64,000 bases of DNA, from assembly GCA_002633005.1 (NCBI GenBank), contig NMRA01000256.1, positions 527,336-591,335 of the forward strand, read 5' to 3'. The notes under the pieces were generated by a model. That model had not been told where the DNA came from. It ran no database searches and saw only the letters and a list, made by a program, of their open reading frames with translations. A program made the position numbers and the translations under genes. Shown in pieces: positions 1 through 13,493 of the stretch (positions are counted from its first letter, which is position 1; each line of letters begins with the position of its first letter). Source of the stretch: Phoronis australis. Taxonomy: Eukaryota > Animalia > Phoronida.

Positions 1-488
1 GTGATGGTCGGTTTACTGATAAGAAACTATATGAGTATTGTCTTGAGGCATTCTTGATCGTTCTTTAATGTAGTGTCCAAGTATATCAATGCTTATTCAC
101 ATACCCGCAACAAATCAAAATACTTTGAAAGGCCTTGAACAAGTAAGCTAGATGCATGACGCGAGGAAACATGATTAAATTATTTATTCGACCACCAGTA
201 GTTCAAGTGAACACCGAACGTAATTAATAAGAAAGTAATTGTCTGTTAAAGGCGAAGGCAACATTTTCTTCATGTCATTTTCAGTAAAAATAGTGTTCGT
301 TAATTACAGCTTTTCGTAATTTAATTAATTACTCGTCGCCTACTCCGGAGGTGACGCTTAGGGAGTCAAGAATTTCGCGCCATTTGTTTTCATATGGTCT
401 GGCTGTGTGAACTGTCGAGTCAGTCATTGTTCTACCTCGGTTGTGATAAGTTCGGTCGTCGTTTGCTTTTGTTCACGAGTCATTCGAA

Positions 489-1193
489 ATGCCGCACAGT
501 TGCTGGGTACCGCGATGTACTCATTATCTTCTCACACGCACTCTGGGTGTACCATTCCATCGCTTTCCGAAAGATGACACACTTCGCCGTACTTGGCTAG
601 TTCGTGAAAAGAACGTAGCGTTGCCCGTCCACGCAAAGTAGAGAACAGTGGAGATTTACCGAGTGTGTGGCAAGCATTTTTTGCCGTCAGATTACGAAAG
701 AGATATGTACGCTGAAATGATGAAGGTCCTTGCAAAACAACGCCTGAAGAAGGGTGCCATACCGTCGCTGTTGATTCCTGGCAGTGCCCCGTTGCCACCC
801 GCGAGAAGTGCATTTTTGAAGCGAGAAGCCTCGTGAGCTGTGGGCACTACAATGACTGGAGGTACTTCATCTACTGTCGCTCGTGCCTCCGAACGTACCC
901 CAGAGCGTGTAATCCTGGGAACTAGCAATGATTCGCCTTGTGCTGTTGTCTCTAGCCCAGAGCCTGTAAGCAACCCTGCATCGATGTTGAGTAGTGGGAG
1001 TGAATACAGGCCCAATTAGACACAGAGTGAGGACAGTTCGTCGTCCAGTGAACAGACCGGTGAGGCAAGTTTATTGTGGACTTGTTTAAAGTATTGGAGG
1101 AGTTTAGAAGGTGTCAGTGTACGTACGCGTGGCGAGGAGTCACAATGGCGGTATGTAAGCGGTTTGGGTGCTCAGGTCGCCATCCAGTGGGAA
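489..1193 (+). pseudogene. THAP-domain N-terminus of Kolobok transposase (stops, truncated)
   Basis: ATG at 489 reads MPHSCWVPRCTHY...FHRFPKDDTLRRTWL...K*RTVEIYRVCGKHF...RLKKGAIPSLL in one frame with an in-frame TAG. This has the C2CH THAP signature and an AVPT-like box. Downstream GLGAQVAIQWE matches the zinc-motif region of the second copy. Confidence 0.85.
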
Positions 1194-1200
1194 CACCATG

Positions 1201-1519
1201 GACATTCCATTGAGGTTGGCATAACAGTGCACATCGTGCATTTGCACCAAGACGTCCTCAGTCTCTGCCTTATTCCTCTCAACCGCTGCCTGTGCCTGAG
1301 CGAACTCTGCCTCATTATACTCGGGCTCAAACATATACCCACTCACTGACTGTCCGTGAAAAAATCCTCGTCACCACTGCTATGAACAATGTCTCCGTCA
1401 CTCACGCATAGGCGGCACACCATAGATGGCTGGGGGCTATAGCCCCACTTTTTTCAGTGCTGCGCCGCCCATGTCCTGTCACTGCGGTCACTGTGATGTG
1501 GGTCGCCGACTCCAGCCAT
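1201..1519 (-). pseudogene. KolX-like (P2X7 C-terminal-like Cys-rich) second gene of Kolobok, 5' fragment
   Basis: Minus strand: ATG at 1519 (MAGVGD...), an acidic stretch, then GYMFEPEY and, after a frameshift, SWCKCTMCTVMPTSMEC. This matches the YxFEP...WCxCxxCxxMPTxxE motif. Truncated at the junction with the transposase remnant. Confidence 0.75.
1407..1473. mobile_element. 67-bp mini-MITE inside the KolX remnant
   Basis: Inverted termini CATAGGCGGC...GCCGCCCATG. No clean TSD seen. Confidence 0.45.
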
Positions 1520-2135
1520 TTTCAGGTTACTACAAACTAAATAATCCCTAAATCCAACGTAATTGACGTCTCTATCAACCTAGCTTGTCGTAGAATACTC
1601 ATCGATGGGAAGAAGTGACGGCAACTTTAGAAAAACAGCACGAAAACAACAATAGTACAGATCCTCACAGTAACCTAGAGCGCCGAACCAAATTGGCCCG
1701 TAATTCTTGACTCCTTAAACGTCACTTCCCGAGTAGGGAACGAGTAATTAATTAAATTACGAAAAGCTGTAGTTAACTGAAAATTATGTCTGGGATAATC
1801 AACGAACCTTATTTTTACTGAAAATAATATGAACAAGGTTGCCTTCGCCTTTAAGCTGTTTCGCATTGCTTGTTTCGAGCATTAGGACATACATTGGCAC
1901 TAAAAGGGTTTGGAAGAAAAGAACGCACATAGAGAAAAATTGCAGTTGCTGAAAACCCACGTATCCATAATAAATTTTCAGTGAGTGGGGCAAGAACTGT
2001 AATCAGAAACAATGCAAAATCGTACGTTCGTGAACGTGACACCGACAGTCTACATGACTACCTGGCGAAGAAGCCTCAGAAAAATACAGGATACCGCAAA
2101 AAATTTCGTCTGCAGGTGGCACGACGAGACTTTAA

Positions 2136-2560
2136 GGCTATATAGAACCCTCGAAAATTGTTGAATTTGGCAAACTTTGGAGCATCATATTTCAGAGAAG
2201 GCTGACCGTATTCATGTGGAACACCATACTTAAGGCACTGTTCTCCAATATGGTGATAGAAGTTGTTTTCAAAAGTATCCACTTTTGCAAAACACAAAAC
2301 TGGCATAAACACAAAACGAAATGATAATTTAGAAAATTGGAACATCGTTTTTAGACTTGATCTTATACATTCATATCAAACAAAATGTGGTTATGTTATT
2401 GATAGCATTATTTTGCTATGGGTGTATCTTTCCTTTTTGGTAAATTTTGCTAAAAAGACATGGTCACGTGATACAGTTAATAGCAGCCTGGTATGAAGTC
2501 AAATTCTACTGGCTTTCTACGTTCAGAGAATATATACTTGCACCAAGTTAATATCTATAG
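2136..2560 (+). repeat. Dispersed TTAA-GG-ended MITE family (Kolobok-like), copy 1
   Basis: Starts TTAA|GGCTATATAGAACCCTCGAAA. Reverse-complement homology to 57660-58075 (shared AATTTGGCAAACTT and GACATGGTCACGTGA) and to the terminus at 35970-35993. Confidence 0.6.
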
Positions 2561-3399
2561 TGTTGTAGATATTTGGCTCAGTACCCCGAAAGGTCGATAA
2601 TGTCCCACATAACCGTAAGTTGGGCGATGACTGACGCAGTATCATACTCTATACCGCAACACACTAGCTCCACCGTCAGGTATTCCTGGAAACCTTGACC
2701 GAATCGAACTTTCGAAAGGCATTTTGTAATGACAAGTATTATTCATTTCAGTCGCAGATAATTTGATTAGTCATCAATAATATATAACAATAAACGCGGA
2801 GCCCTGATATGCGTCCACCGTGTGCATCACAAATTGTAAAGATAATAGGGATGTTCATTTCCTAAGTAGCCGGGTCCACCCGGACCTCAACACCGGCTGT
2901 GTTTTCCTCAAAGGGAAACATATACTCTACTCTATAAAAAAGATACGCTTTCAGCTACATTTTAAAGTTAAAAATTTCGTCAAACGGATTTTAAGGCAAG
3001 AAAGTTCGGTTGCAACTTAAGCCCATTTAATTCTCATTCAACACAACTCCAAATATTTTCAAACTAATTGAATTTAATATGAATTTCTTAGTATTTTTTG
3101 TTTTTGATGGTGCACCACTCCATAAAATGGCCGCCGGGGTGATTAAAAGGTGACTCATGCATTATGAGTACTCACTCAACTGACACCATATGCAGTGAGG
3201 TTTCAAACACAAACAGGGCTGAAAGTCACGAAATGTTTATATTTTTGTGATATTTTTTCCTCTCACGAAATTCATCACGTGTTCTAAATTGATGAGTGCG
3301 ATAAAAAAGTATCTTTAAAGTGACATAGAAAGCGAAAATAGATTGTATTTGTAATTGTATTATTCAAAGTGGTTCTCTGACACTGAAACAGGTGAAACT

Positions 3400-3894
3400 G
3401 TTCACCATGTGTTTTTTCGGTTTGTTCGTTAAGAATTTGAATTTCTGTTGACGTCACAGCATTTTTGTTTTAGCTTCAAATTTAGTCGACTTTCTCACAA
3501 AAGGCAAAGCACGCCTTATTTCGTACGGCTAGACATACAGACGTAGCACATTTACCTGTTAAGAAAATTGTGACCTTTGGCCTTTGATGTAAACAAAACA
3601 ATGGTGATTATGCACTTTGGGAAACATTTAATGAGTAATTCTTTGAGCGCATGCGCGCATATGTATATTCTTAGGGCGGAGAATTTTAAATTGTATTGAG
3701 ATGAAAGAGTTTATATTCCGTCTGTGTTTCAAAAACAGTTAACCTGGTATAGCTCATTGGTTAATCTGACGATTTTTTTAAAAAGTCCCGCAATGTTCAA
3801 AATCAATACCTCTCACGTTAGCATCCCAAGTAATAGATTCGCCTGACGAACTGTTTAAAAGATATTTTTACGAGTTATCGCGTTCCATGCCTCT
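3400..3894. repeat. Dispersed repeat / TTAA-ended MITE fragment
   Basis: Terminus TGTTTAAAAGATATTTT...CATGCCTCT|TTAA recurs at 20523-20569. GTGACCTTTG(G/A)CCTTTGATGTAAAC recurs at about 17118. Confidence 0.45.
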
Positions 3895-5159
3895 TTAAAA
3901 GAACTGGATAGATATTGAGGCAGCTAGACGCAAGGAAACCCAAAATTCCCCCAAAGTAAGCACCGCAAGCCAGATCAAGTCAAAAATCAACTGCGAGCTA
4001 TTTCTCATAAAGATGTATCACATTACGTAAGCCCGCTAAAGCGAGTCATTTTTGGGGAGATTTTTCGTTTTTTTCCCGGAATTAACGGTCGGAAAAAATC
4101 TCATTAACGCTAAAATTTCGGATTTTTGTCTTAAAAATTTTCGAAATCTATGTGGAGATAGTTAAATGCGCATAGGAATTCCAGTCTTTCGGTAGAATTT
4201 ATCTTAAAATTTTCATTTTCTGTGGTCTGTCTTTCAAAGGTCATTTCTTCACAAAAATTGACTAATACACACGTCATTTATTCTTTTATGATGGAATGAC
4301 ACAAACACTTTTATATGTGAGCATATGAGCTGCAGGTTCAAGTGTTGAAATTAATTAGTAGAGTGCATTAATTACTCCCGTCACATATAGCACGTGCGCT
4401 GTAGAAATGCTTTGCTCGTCACGTGAACTCTGTCAAGGATTAAGTCGAAAACCGGTTTAATATGTTTTTCACAAATACATTTGATTTAAACAAGTTAAAG
4501 TGAAGAAGTTGATTTGAGATGTGAATTGTGGGGTTGGAATGAATATAACTTGTTACTGCTTGCCACGGTTGGTCATTTTATATGACTAGCCTTATCTCAA
4601 ACAATATCGAACTGCAAATTTCCAGCCCAGAAATCACCTCTCAGTTTAGTTTGAGATCAGTATTATAGCGGTAAGTGGTCTTTACCATCGGAGTTTACAG
4701 CCTTCTAAATTAGTTTTGAAATCGCTGCTTTTACTTATTAAATTTAACCACACGTGAAGACCGTTTCTTCAAACACATGTTTTGGCCATGCTTCAAATTT
4801 TCGCCCGATCGATGATGGAATTGAGGCCCAGTGTCCGGCTTTAGATTTCAGACCAAATAGTGCTTTCATTTTGTAGCTGAGAGCTATCTCCAGGAGCGAT
4901 TCATATTATAGAAACTGAGATTAACGCCATATTACATGAACGCACAAGTGCACAGCTTACAGTTCTAGCGGTTCCTTTCATTCATTACGCGGAGGTCTTT
5001 AACTTCTAGTTAATTTCTTCACCGAGAGTCAGCTGGAGCAATGCCAAAATCGTCACCTTTTCCTGTAAAATCGCCACGTTTTCCTGTAAAATCAAATATA
5101 AATTTATGATGTGATTTGCAGAAATTACACCAAAACTGTCAACTTACGACTGAATGTCA

Positions 5160-5240
5160 GAGTACCCGTAGGCAGAATTTAATCCTGGTATGGTCACCGC
5201 ATGCAGTCGTGAGCTCCAACCATTGAGCTAAAGCTACTCT
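5160..5240 (-). repeat. Degenerate tRNA-derived SINE-like head
   Basis: Minus strand has an A-box-like TAGCTCAATGG, a degenerate B-box GGATTAAATTC and complementary ends AGAGTA/TACTCT. Does not fold as a canonical tRNA. Confidence 0.35.
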
Positions 5241-6506
5241 TTAGACAAGCTTTTATTTGCAAACCATCGGAGCGAATTTCTGATCGTCATAGAGACTCTT
5301 CTCCGTTTTACCGTCAGGCATTATACCACCGACAGAAACAAGCAACCAATTAAAGATGCTTTCCGGCTGCTTTCTCAACCCCAATCGTGCCATGTCCCGA
5401 ATAAAGACGGTTTCGTATCCATGCGTATTACAGTGTATGTCCGAGTGCCAAAAGTGAAGAAGTTAAACCTACCTTGGTGGTAAATATTTTTGATGTGTTC
5501 CACAATATAACAAGCATGTTCTTTGCAGAAATCTACAGTAACCGACTGCCGGAAGTGCTACGCCGATACCGCGTAAAGGGTTAGGCTGGGATTTCAAAAA
5601 GATCTGCGCATTTTAAGGACTGACTCAGCAAATTCACCTTTAACGTACATACAATGTATACATAAACCTTTATACTCTCAAGTTGTAATTTTGAATTAAT
5701 TTGTTAAGACCACAAGTTGTAGTTGAAACATAGTTCTATTCGTATTTTTTTCTTGACAGTGACAGCAGCGGGGAATCGAATCCATTAGCTCCGGAGTATA
5801 GCAGCCAAACGCTCCGGAGTTAAGCCAAATTTCGGGAGTTACATAGCAAAGTATCCACCTGGTAGTCACCGGCGTTGATGTTATCGCAGTTGTCTGGCAC
5901 ACAACGGCGAGAATTGACCAAATCATGCGGTTGCTTTACAGTTCTGGCAAGGGGTAATAAGTTCAAGAAGTCTTTTCCATCTCAAAATAACCCCAACATA
6001 TTTTTCGACCGTAAAACCGACGTTGTCTCTTGAAATGATAAGATACAAATATGGCTGTAGTGCGACATAATTCCGATTTATGTCTGTCCTAAATCTCAAT
6101 TATGTCTGGTAAAAATCGGAATTATATCTGACATAAATCGGAATTGCCTAAACAGTTATTGTAGTGCGTGGAAAATGATTACTCCCAGTTCGTCTTGGAC
6201 CAAAGCGATACCAAATCTTGCTAGGCAATACAATAAATCTATGGCTGCCACCAACAGGCTTCATTGGCGATGCGAGAAAAGGCAACTTTTCACAGACAGG
6301 CCACTCATACGTGAACTTTGACATATATGCTGAGCGACCCGTTTTCAACTTCTGACATGTAACATTCTGAAAATGTTGGGTGTAAAGGCACCAAAATCTA
6401 TAGGTTTATGATAAACTGAAGTACGAAACCCATATTCAGAATAACGTAAAGGACAATTCAGACGTGAACTGTTTGGAAGCATTCGACATTGAAGTTCAAC
6501 GCATAA

Positions 6507-6746
6507 CACGCGGACACCCAGCCTAAAAAGGGAGAGTGCGGTTCAAATTCTTGAGAATGTGGACCTTTTACTAAAATTCACGGTACGCTCAGAGCTATGA
6601 ATTGTGCATTCTCCGAATTTTGATAGGTCCTGCCTTTTTAGCGGACTTTCCGGAATTTTGTTTCTCGGAGGAGGACCTTTTTGTTCACTTCGCTAAATGG
6701 GATGGGGTTTGTTCGAGTCCCCTGAACCGCCATGGGTGCGCACATG
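6507..6746 (-). mobile_element. MITE with CA(G/T)GCGCGCACCCAG-type TIRs (hAT-like), copy 1 of 3
   Basis: Termini CACGCGGACACCCAGCC...TGGGTGCGCACATG. Internal reverse-complement similarity to 50877-51153 and 53338-53610. Confidence 0.6.
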
Positions 6747-7355
6747 TATAAAACTAGTTCTAGTTAACAATGGTTATACTAATTCTTTTGTTAGGCTTTT
6801 CGTATCTAGGATTGATTCTCATGTTTACACTGAAGCTAGCGCCACTAAGAACATGTACTATAAAAACTGTATGTCTAATAATTATCTGTGAGTGAAGAAC
6901 ATGTTCTTAAGAAGATAATAAGTTGGTCAAACCTGGAGATAGATTGAATGTAATTATTTATTGTCAGAATATAAAGTCACGTCACCTTGCCATGAAAAAC
7001 AACCATAGCCGTGAAAAATAACGACCAGTGGCCAGATGTAATGTTGTTTACCGTAAATTCACGTACATAACGTGTGGACGAATACCTTCGCTCTCATTGT
7101 CGTGAACAGAGTTACATTGACACACGGTGTGTTCCCTCTCTTCCTCCACTAGATCATTTTTTTACACCAACGTGGCAGAAAAAATAACTGGGCAAAAAAG
7201 TTGACAATACTATATTCGCTATGTGATCTATAAAGAAAACGTGTACTGAATGAGCAGCTCACAGGTGTACCGCACGCTGGTTGTGTTTCATTAGACTTGT
7301 GGACTTCCGCGTGATTCATTCACATTCTCTGCTTGTATGCCCCTCTTCCTGCTTC

Positions 7356-7520
7356 ATGACGATGATGATTTTGATCATGATGACGTAACCGCTGACGACA
7401 ATGTTGATGACATAGACGATCAAGTTCATGGTTACAATGGCGACGATAATCATGATGATGATGACGATGATAATGATGCTGATGATTGCCACGATAGTGT
7501 AATGATGTCTCTGAAGATGA
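7356..7520. repeat. Degenerate (GAT/GAC)n trinucleotide low-complexity tract
   Basis: Visible GATGATGACGAT runs; these explain the poly-Asp ORF 7337-7570. Confidence 0.85.
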
Positions 7521-8979
7521 CCAAAAACATCCTCACAATATTGGTGGCATTAGCAAAAACCTCATGGTAGCAGAACCGTCTTGGCCGGAATCCCTCAAAC
7601 ATCCTGATTTCTGGTGGTCTAATCATTAAAAAGCAAGCAACTGCAGTCACGTGCGACTAATGACTTTGAACGTCAATTAAAAAGCCACGACGGTGTTAAC
7701 TTTCAGTATGGCTTTCAATCACGTTTGAGTTTCGCGATGGCTGTCAATCAAAAGCAGGAAGCACCTAGTTTGTATGCTTAGACACTGATTTTCATTTACT
7801 GTTGCGGTCTTACAGAAAACCTTAGTTTCCTTGTAGTTTCGAGTTCCAGTTTAATGTAACCTTTAGAAAAACTGGCATGAACCAGTCTGTGTATTCGTCG
7901 CGTACATGTAGTTCCAGTTTGACTGCAAGAGAAAATCAATGGAAAACATTTTTTTCAACAGCTGTATCATTGAATAAAGAACGATTTGATTTTTAGATAA
8001 GTTTTACGGAAACGACTTCAACATTAAACGGTCTTTGAAGCCTGTTTTAGCATAATAAGGTTCATTATTTGCTACATTATCGCTCCACCCTTCGACAGTA
8101 GTCTAGTGATCTGAAAGTCTCGTGAACTTCAAACGTATGGAAAACGTTTGAAACTTCAAACGTATAGAAAGCGTTGGAAAATCACCATTCAAAATATACA
8201 AGACTGGCAATTGATGCGGGCGAGTAAACTGATGGCTGTGCGGAAGACTGTCCACTTTGAGCCACAAAACCCACCACGTGGTACATGAATAAAGACGGAG
8301 TGCTTTAGTCCAATAAAATTTCATCTGTGAGAGTAGAGAACCAGTTTTCGGTAAAATCATGAAAGTCGGAATTAGTTTCCATTTAAGTCGTTATGGAAAC
8401 CAGTTATGGAATGCAGCTCAGATCCAACGTTATTGAATGAGTTTATGTTTATTAGATCATGCGCATAAGTCATCGAACAGTTTAATCATACAACGCCGCA
8501 CGTGCAAATTGAAATTGCGTAATTTCAGAAAGGATTAAATTACCCATAATGCTTTGATTCAGCCACGTGAGGACCCTGCGAAGGAACGCTAGAAGTGAGG
8601 TGTTACGACCAACTGGGGTAGCACGGCGCTACACATTTGATTGTTATGTAAACAACCGAGATCTTGCAAATCTGAGGAGAACCTGTCAATGTTTTGATCA
8701 CTCGCACAAGTGTTTTCAAGCCTGCGTGAAAAGGTACACAACAAGTTTACAGTGAATTGAGAACATCAATTATCGAGTAATCATGAGCAAATTAAACAAA
8801 TGACGTACCCACGCTTAGAGATGTATTATTGATACAGTAATCGAGAAATGGGATTAGGAATGCAATTATGTATTTGCAAGTACGTTCACTACACCTCCAC
8901 GTATCGTCTGTATCATTTAATTACTTGATTTAAATTGAAACAACTACTTTGTAATAAGAATCCAACAGACGTGCACGAC

Positions 8980-9125
8980 TCACGAAATTTAGCAACAATT
9001 TCGACTCTTCACAAAATAAACATTAGTTACACTTATCTGTGTAGCGTGCGTCACCCTGAACAGGAGACATTGGAACACATTTTTACGATTGTTATGATAC
9101 TAAAGAATGTGAACGCTGGAAATAT
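8980..9125 (+). pseudogene. L1/Tx1-clade LINE ORF2 zf-RVT remnant
   Basis: Translation NLATISTLHKINISYTYLCSVRHPEQETLEHIF resembles the LATNxxLxKxxIxxxxxCxxCxxxxETxxHxF zinc-binding region. Confidence 0.55.
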
Positions 9126-9934
9126 TTAAAACATAATGTTATTTTTTAGAACACCTGTTGCATGGTTGCCAACATTCGAGAATAAAAAACGGGGCAACTG
9201 TCTAGGCCAAAACGCAATCCACAAAAACTTCACGAAAGCGCTTTTTGTCGTGCACGACACACTGTCGGAAAACGCTGATAAGCGACTTTGAACAAGCGTC
9301 TCGCAGCATGTATTCGCAATAGAATTGTGTAGATTTATACAAAGCTTAGGGTCCCTAACTCAAGAAGAAAATGTGTCTGGGCAACATGTACACATTGCGC
9401 AAACGAATTTACATACTACAATGTGGTGTGGTTATACGTGAATTAAGATAAAAAGCACATTCAATATAACGACACTGTTCTCCTCTTAATTCGTAAAAAG
9501 AACGGAAATAATGAAAATCTGACTAACAGAGTGGCATCAGAAAATTTAAAACTAAAATATGCAATTAAGATAGTTGATAATAACTTACTAGAGGGTAATT
9601 TTCTTTGAAAAACGCTTAAGTGCAAATGCATTCAGTCACATTTGAAAGCCTGTAATATAATGATTTCGTGGTTTTAGTTTTAATAAGTCTTGCTATCACA
9701 GTGAAAACACTAGGGGAGCGGCCTTGCACATGTCAGCTGATTTGTTATGCGTCATGGCAACAAAAACTCGACGCAAAAATGGGTAGATACATTTATTGAG
9801 TAAGCGATGTAATTTTAGATGTAAGTTTTCCAACAGTCATCAAACCATGAAAATCATTCCTGTTTGTTAGAATAGGCAAGGCCAGGTACAGTGTCACGTA
9901 GTTTGCCAAACAAAAAAGTTACCTGTATCACTAC

Positions 9935-10089
9935 CAGTAGCGGATTTAGAGGGGACCCAAGGGGGCCATGCCCCTCTAAAATTCTCCCAGATTTCGTTTG
10001 GCTGTACGGGGCTGCGAATGTCTGACGGGCAAAATCCTGGCTAATGCTGTGTCCTGCCCCCCTAACTAAAAATCCTGGTTCTGCCCCTG
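9935..10089. mobile_element. Short hAT-like MITE
   Basis: Termini CAGTAGCGGATTTAG...CTGGTTCTGCCCCTG. Flanks ATCACTAC / ACTACTAC may be a decayed 8-bp TSD. Confidence 0.5.
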
Positions 10090-12999
10090 ACTACTACGGT
10101 AACGTGAGTTTTTTATACGGAATTCTGCCCTACCTCAAATATTTCAAAATAACTTGAAAGGTCTAGCGAAATTCCTTCAAGACGCTTTGCAGCTTAGAGG
10201 TAAGTATTTGTTTATAAACTAGTCTGAAGTGGTGATATTTGAGCGTGTGCAATATGTTATGTAATGGTTTAATTATTATTAGGTGACTGAGTAAGCCCAT
10301 TGAGGCTGGGGGGTGTGGTGAATAATCTGTCTTTGATATTGTATTTACTGGCACCCTTATGTCACTATAATAAATAAATAATAAATACAGAACGGTACTC
10401 CGAAGAGACGTGATAAAGATCGTACCATGGTTATCACCACATCCCAAAAGCTGACAGTTTTCTCCTATAGAAACCACGCTCTCTACGACTGGAGCTGAAA
10501 AGATATCAGCTAGGCCGAGCTATTCCTAGCATTCAACCGGAACAGGGCCACAAGTCGGTGCGAGACCAGTGTTTGTTGACCACTTTTCCCAAAACTCGTT
10601 GGGTTATCTGCAACCGTACCTCAAGAACTCGTCTGATGATGTCATTACGAACAAAAACAACAAAAGAAATGAAATTAGACAAGATTTGATAACTAGCACC
10701 CGTAGGAAGGTATATATTATTGGGGGCCACCACTTACGGCCGTCGATCATTTTCATAGGGAAGCGGCGACACATCACGCCTGAAATCGTACGCGAGGACG
10801 CAGATGTCTAACCGGCCTCCTGTTACACAACAGGTGAAAAGTAAATCGAAAAAGCAACCTAGCTTTGTTAAGGACAACCAAGGGATGCACACATTTAGTG
10901 GCGGGCCATTCCAACAAATGTTTTTTTGCATTATTTTATAAAAATATACAACTTTAACTGCAAGTCTTCCGCTTGGGTCGTTACACATTTTATTGTCTGA
11001 AATCAGCATGTTGATCACGGTGAAAGTCACAGGAAGTTTCGCTCAATGAGCTATATATATAGTTCTATTTATCTCATTGGTTTCGCTGATGGGTATTCAG
11101 GCGAGCTGGAAGGAAATGTCATCACTATTTGTGTAGTTATGACGTACCCTTATCGTCTGCTTCAATTCAGTTGCCGTTGTGGATACGGGTTGGGTTTTGA
11201 TATTTTAAGGGCAGATTTAAGTCAAGTGTTACTGTTTTGATCTTTGCAGTATTATCTTCGTGAGTTAGTGATACCAAATGTCTGCATTCGTTTCGAAATT
11301 TGAGTTTTTAGAGGGCAAAATTCGCTAAATAAAACCCACCCCCAAAGTTCCCAAAATGACAATTCAGAAGGCGCACTTACGGTACTGTGGGTCCAGTTTA
11401 ATCAGCCATGTCTTAAATAAGTGTGTTAAATGTTTGACCATACTCTATTTATCGGGTACCTTTGATTCGCCTTCCCCTGTGCAAAAATGACTCAGCAGTA
11501 TGAAGAAGTATAAACGCATTCATCTGCCCACACCAGGCGTAAAAATGACGCGCACATTCAGTGAGATATAGCCGGGCACGAGTTTGCAGATCTTCTTCCC
11601 GTTCACGGGAGCTTAATACTGTGTTATAATGAGATTACTTAGTGATGGCGCACCATGTCAGTACACCTTTGCTAAACCTATGACCAACTCGTTGAGAAAT
11701 CGTTCACAGATATGGATTCGGTAACACACCGTCTGTGTCGCTAATAATTGTAGAATAGTAACGTGCGACGCTTGTTACATCTTCGTGTAGTAAGCACCAG
11801 TCAAAACGACGCCACAATTCTTTGTTGCTCGTGGCATCAATCAATGAAAATTCCCAAAGGTTGTACTGTTTCAGGCCAAGTGTATGCACTTATTGTTTCG
11901 CCTGTCTCAGGCGTGTATTATTATTAACAATTTGACTACATACGCCAATTACGAATTCAAGACGGAGTATATGCAATTATGCCCGTTGCTTGAAAAAATA
12001 TTAACCTCTCAATAATTTGAGTAGTTGGGTCAATTTTTGCATCGGCTTTCCCATGCCAATCCGTTGACTTACCGTGCAAATTATCAACTACCATCTGTCA
12101 TAATTTCGAGGAATAATTAACGTTCTTTCACTTCAAATCACGTCCAATGGTTTTAGTGAAAAAAGTGTTTAGGGTGCTGCTTGCGAAGTTACTATTATAC
12201 TCCTATACATGTAACTCGAGGTCCAATGCAACGATTCTTAAAGGGGCACTTCGCCGTTATTTAGGTGTCAAAATTGAACTTTTAACCTAAACGTTTCGAG
12301 GTTTACAAAAAACATTGCCACGCTCGTTCGATCTTGAATTTTTGTAGAATAAGTTGTTAATTCAAGACACAGGCATTGCGTATACAGGGTCCATTTTTGA
12401 ATACGCAATAGTAAGGTTTGATGGCCAGCCCCAATAAACTTTGAAGGTTTTCTTGAGTCGCTGATTACTTCTATTTACTTTTTGGTAACAGACGTATAAG
12501 CCTATCACGATAAGGAATAATGTGAGACCGAATTTATTTCTTTTTTAGCCAGTGAATAGGGTGCAATGCAACTTACTTGTTCAGATAACAGTCCCTTAAA
12601 AGGGGGGAGCATAAATTTTGACAATCTGCTTTCCTCGCCCAATAACTGACATCATACTGATTCTTGAAATCCAGGACACCTGTAAATGACCGTTGTTCTT
12701 GGGCTTATTTCCAGACCAATATTCATTGTGCAGAAATACACTAAAAACGAAGAAGGCTTTGATTTGCTTCTTCGCATGATTGCCAACTTTGGTTGTCAGA
12801 CTTTCACACTGTGTCTGCCTATAGCGGCTTAGAGGCACGGGCGCGGTGAGAGGTGGAAAACTGATCCATGGAAGATTTCCTGGTTTAAATTATGCATATT
12901 AAAACGTTACAATTAATAGTTCCAATGCACATGTAATCACAAGTGGTGCGTTTGATTTCCATCAATAGTCCTAAAAAGCTTACAGACAAATTTGCATTT

Positions 13000-13493
13000 C
13001 GTATAATGTTTCTGAACTGGTATTTTACCACCACTTTTAGTGAAATGAATCCAGAGCATAAGGCACTAGTAGTCGGACGTAATGGACCCTGATTTAGAGA
13101 ACCTGTTTCATCCACTAAATAACGGCCGTTATTCGGTGATTGCCTGGTTCTCAGTAAGTCAGCAGTGCAGTATTGGCCTTTATACCAGTGATTTGGCATT
13201 TTACCGATAGCCATTGCTTTCTGAGCTCTTTATTACAAAAGCCAAGCATTATTTCAGATCCACAACAAAGGCTACACTCTGACGCTTTTCTGTGTGTCGC
13301 ACTGGTGCCAAAGTAGCCTCAATTTAAAATGAAAATGACACTTAAACTCACCGGGTACGTAACCGCCGTCTGCCATTTTTGGTGCGAGGTCTCGTTCCCG
13401 ATCGCATTGCGGGCGTTCTCGATAGCGGGTTGGCCGGGGTGAGTCACAGACCAGGGATTTATTTACAGTATAGGGAGACGTCACATCTTAGTC
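13000..13493 (-). mobile_element. Possible DNA-transposon end with a spliced 5' gene fragment (ISL2EU/Harbinger-like, tentative)
   Basis: Minus strand: GGACTAAGATGTGACGTCTCC terminus-like motif (related motif at 18282-18302), then ATG-exon MADGGYVP|GTGAGT, an acceptor at about 13271 and a stop-interrupted frame containing KELRKQWLSVKCQITGIKA (weakly SAP-like). Confidence 0.3.

Larger units (their letters stand above)
250..1850 (+). mobile_element. Kolobok-superfamily DNA transposon, internally deleted non-autonomous copy
   Basis: TTAA at 246-249 and 1851-1854 flanks the termini AGGCGAAGGCAAC...GTTGCCTTCGCCT. Imperfect TIRs of about 160 bp. Contains a THAP-transposase 5' remnant (+) and a convergent KolX-like remnant (-), the known Kolobok layout (TTAA TSD, RR termini, two genes). 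Confidence 0.85.

Noticed and set aside
7337-7570. Asp-rich 77-aa ORF
   Set aside because: Explained by a degenerate GAT/GAC microsatellite.
8300-8385. F-box-like LTDEILL on the minus strand
   Set aside because: Immediately followed by a stop; the match is only 7 residues.
8550-8755. SRCR-like GPCEGTLEV fragment
   Set aside because: Multiple stops and no downstream WGTVC/cysteine pattern.
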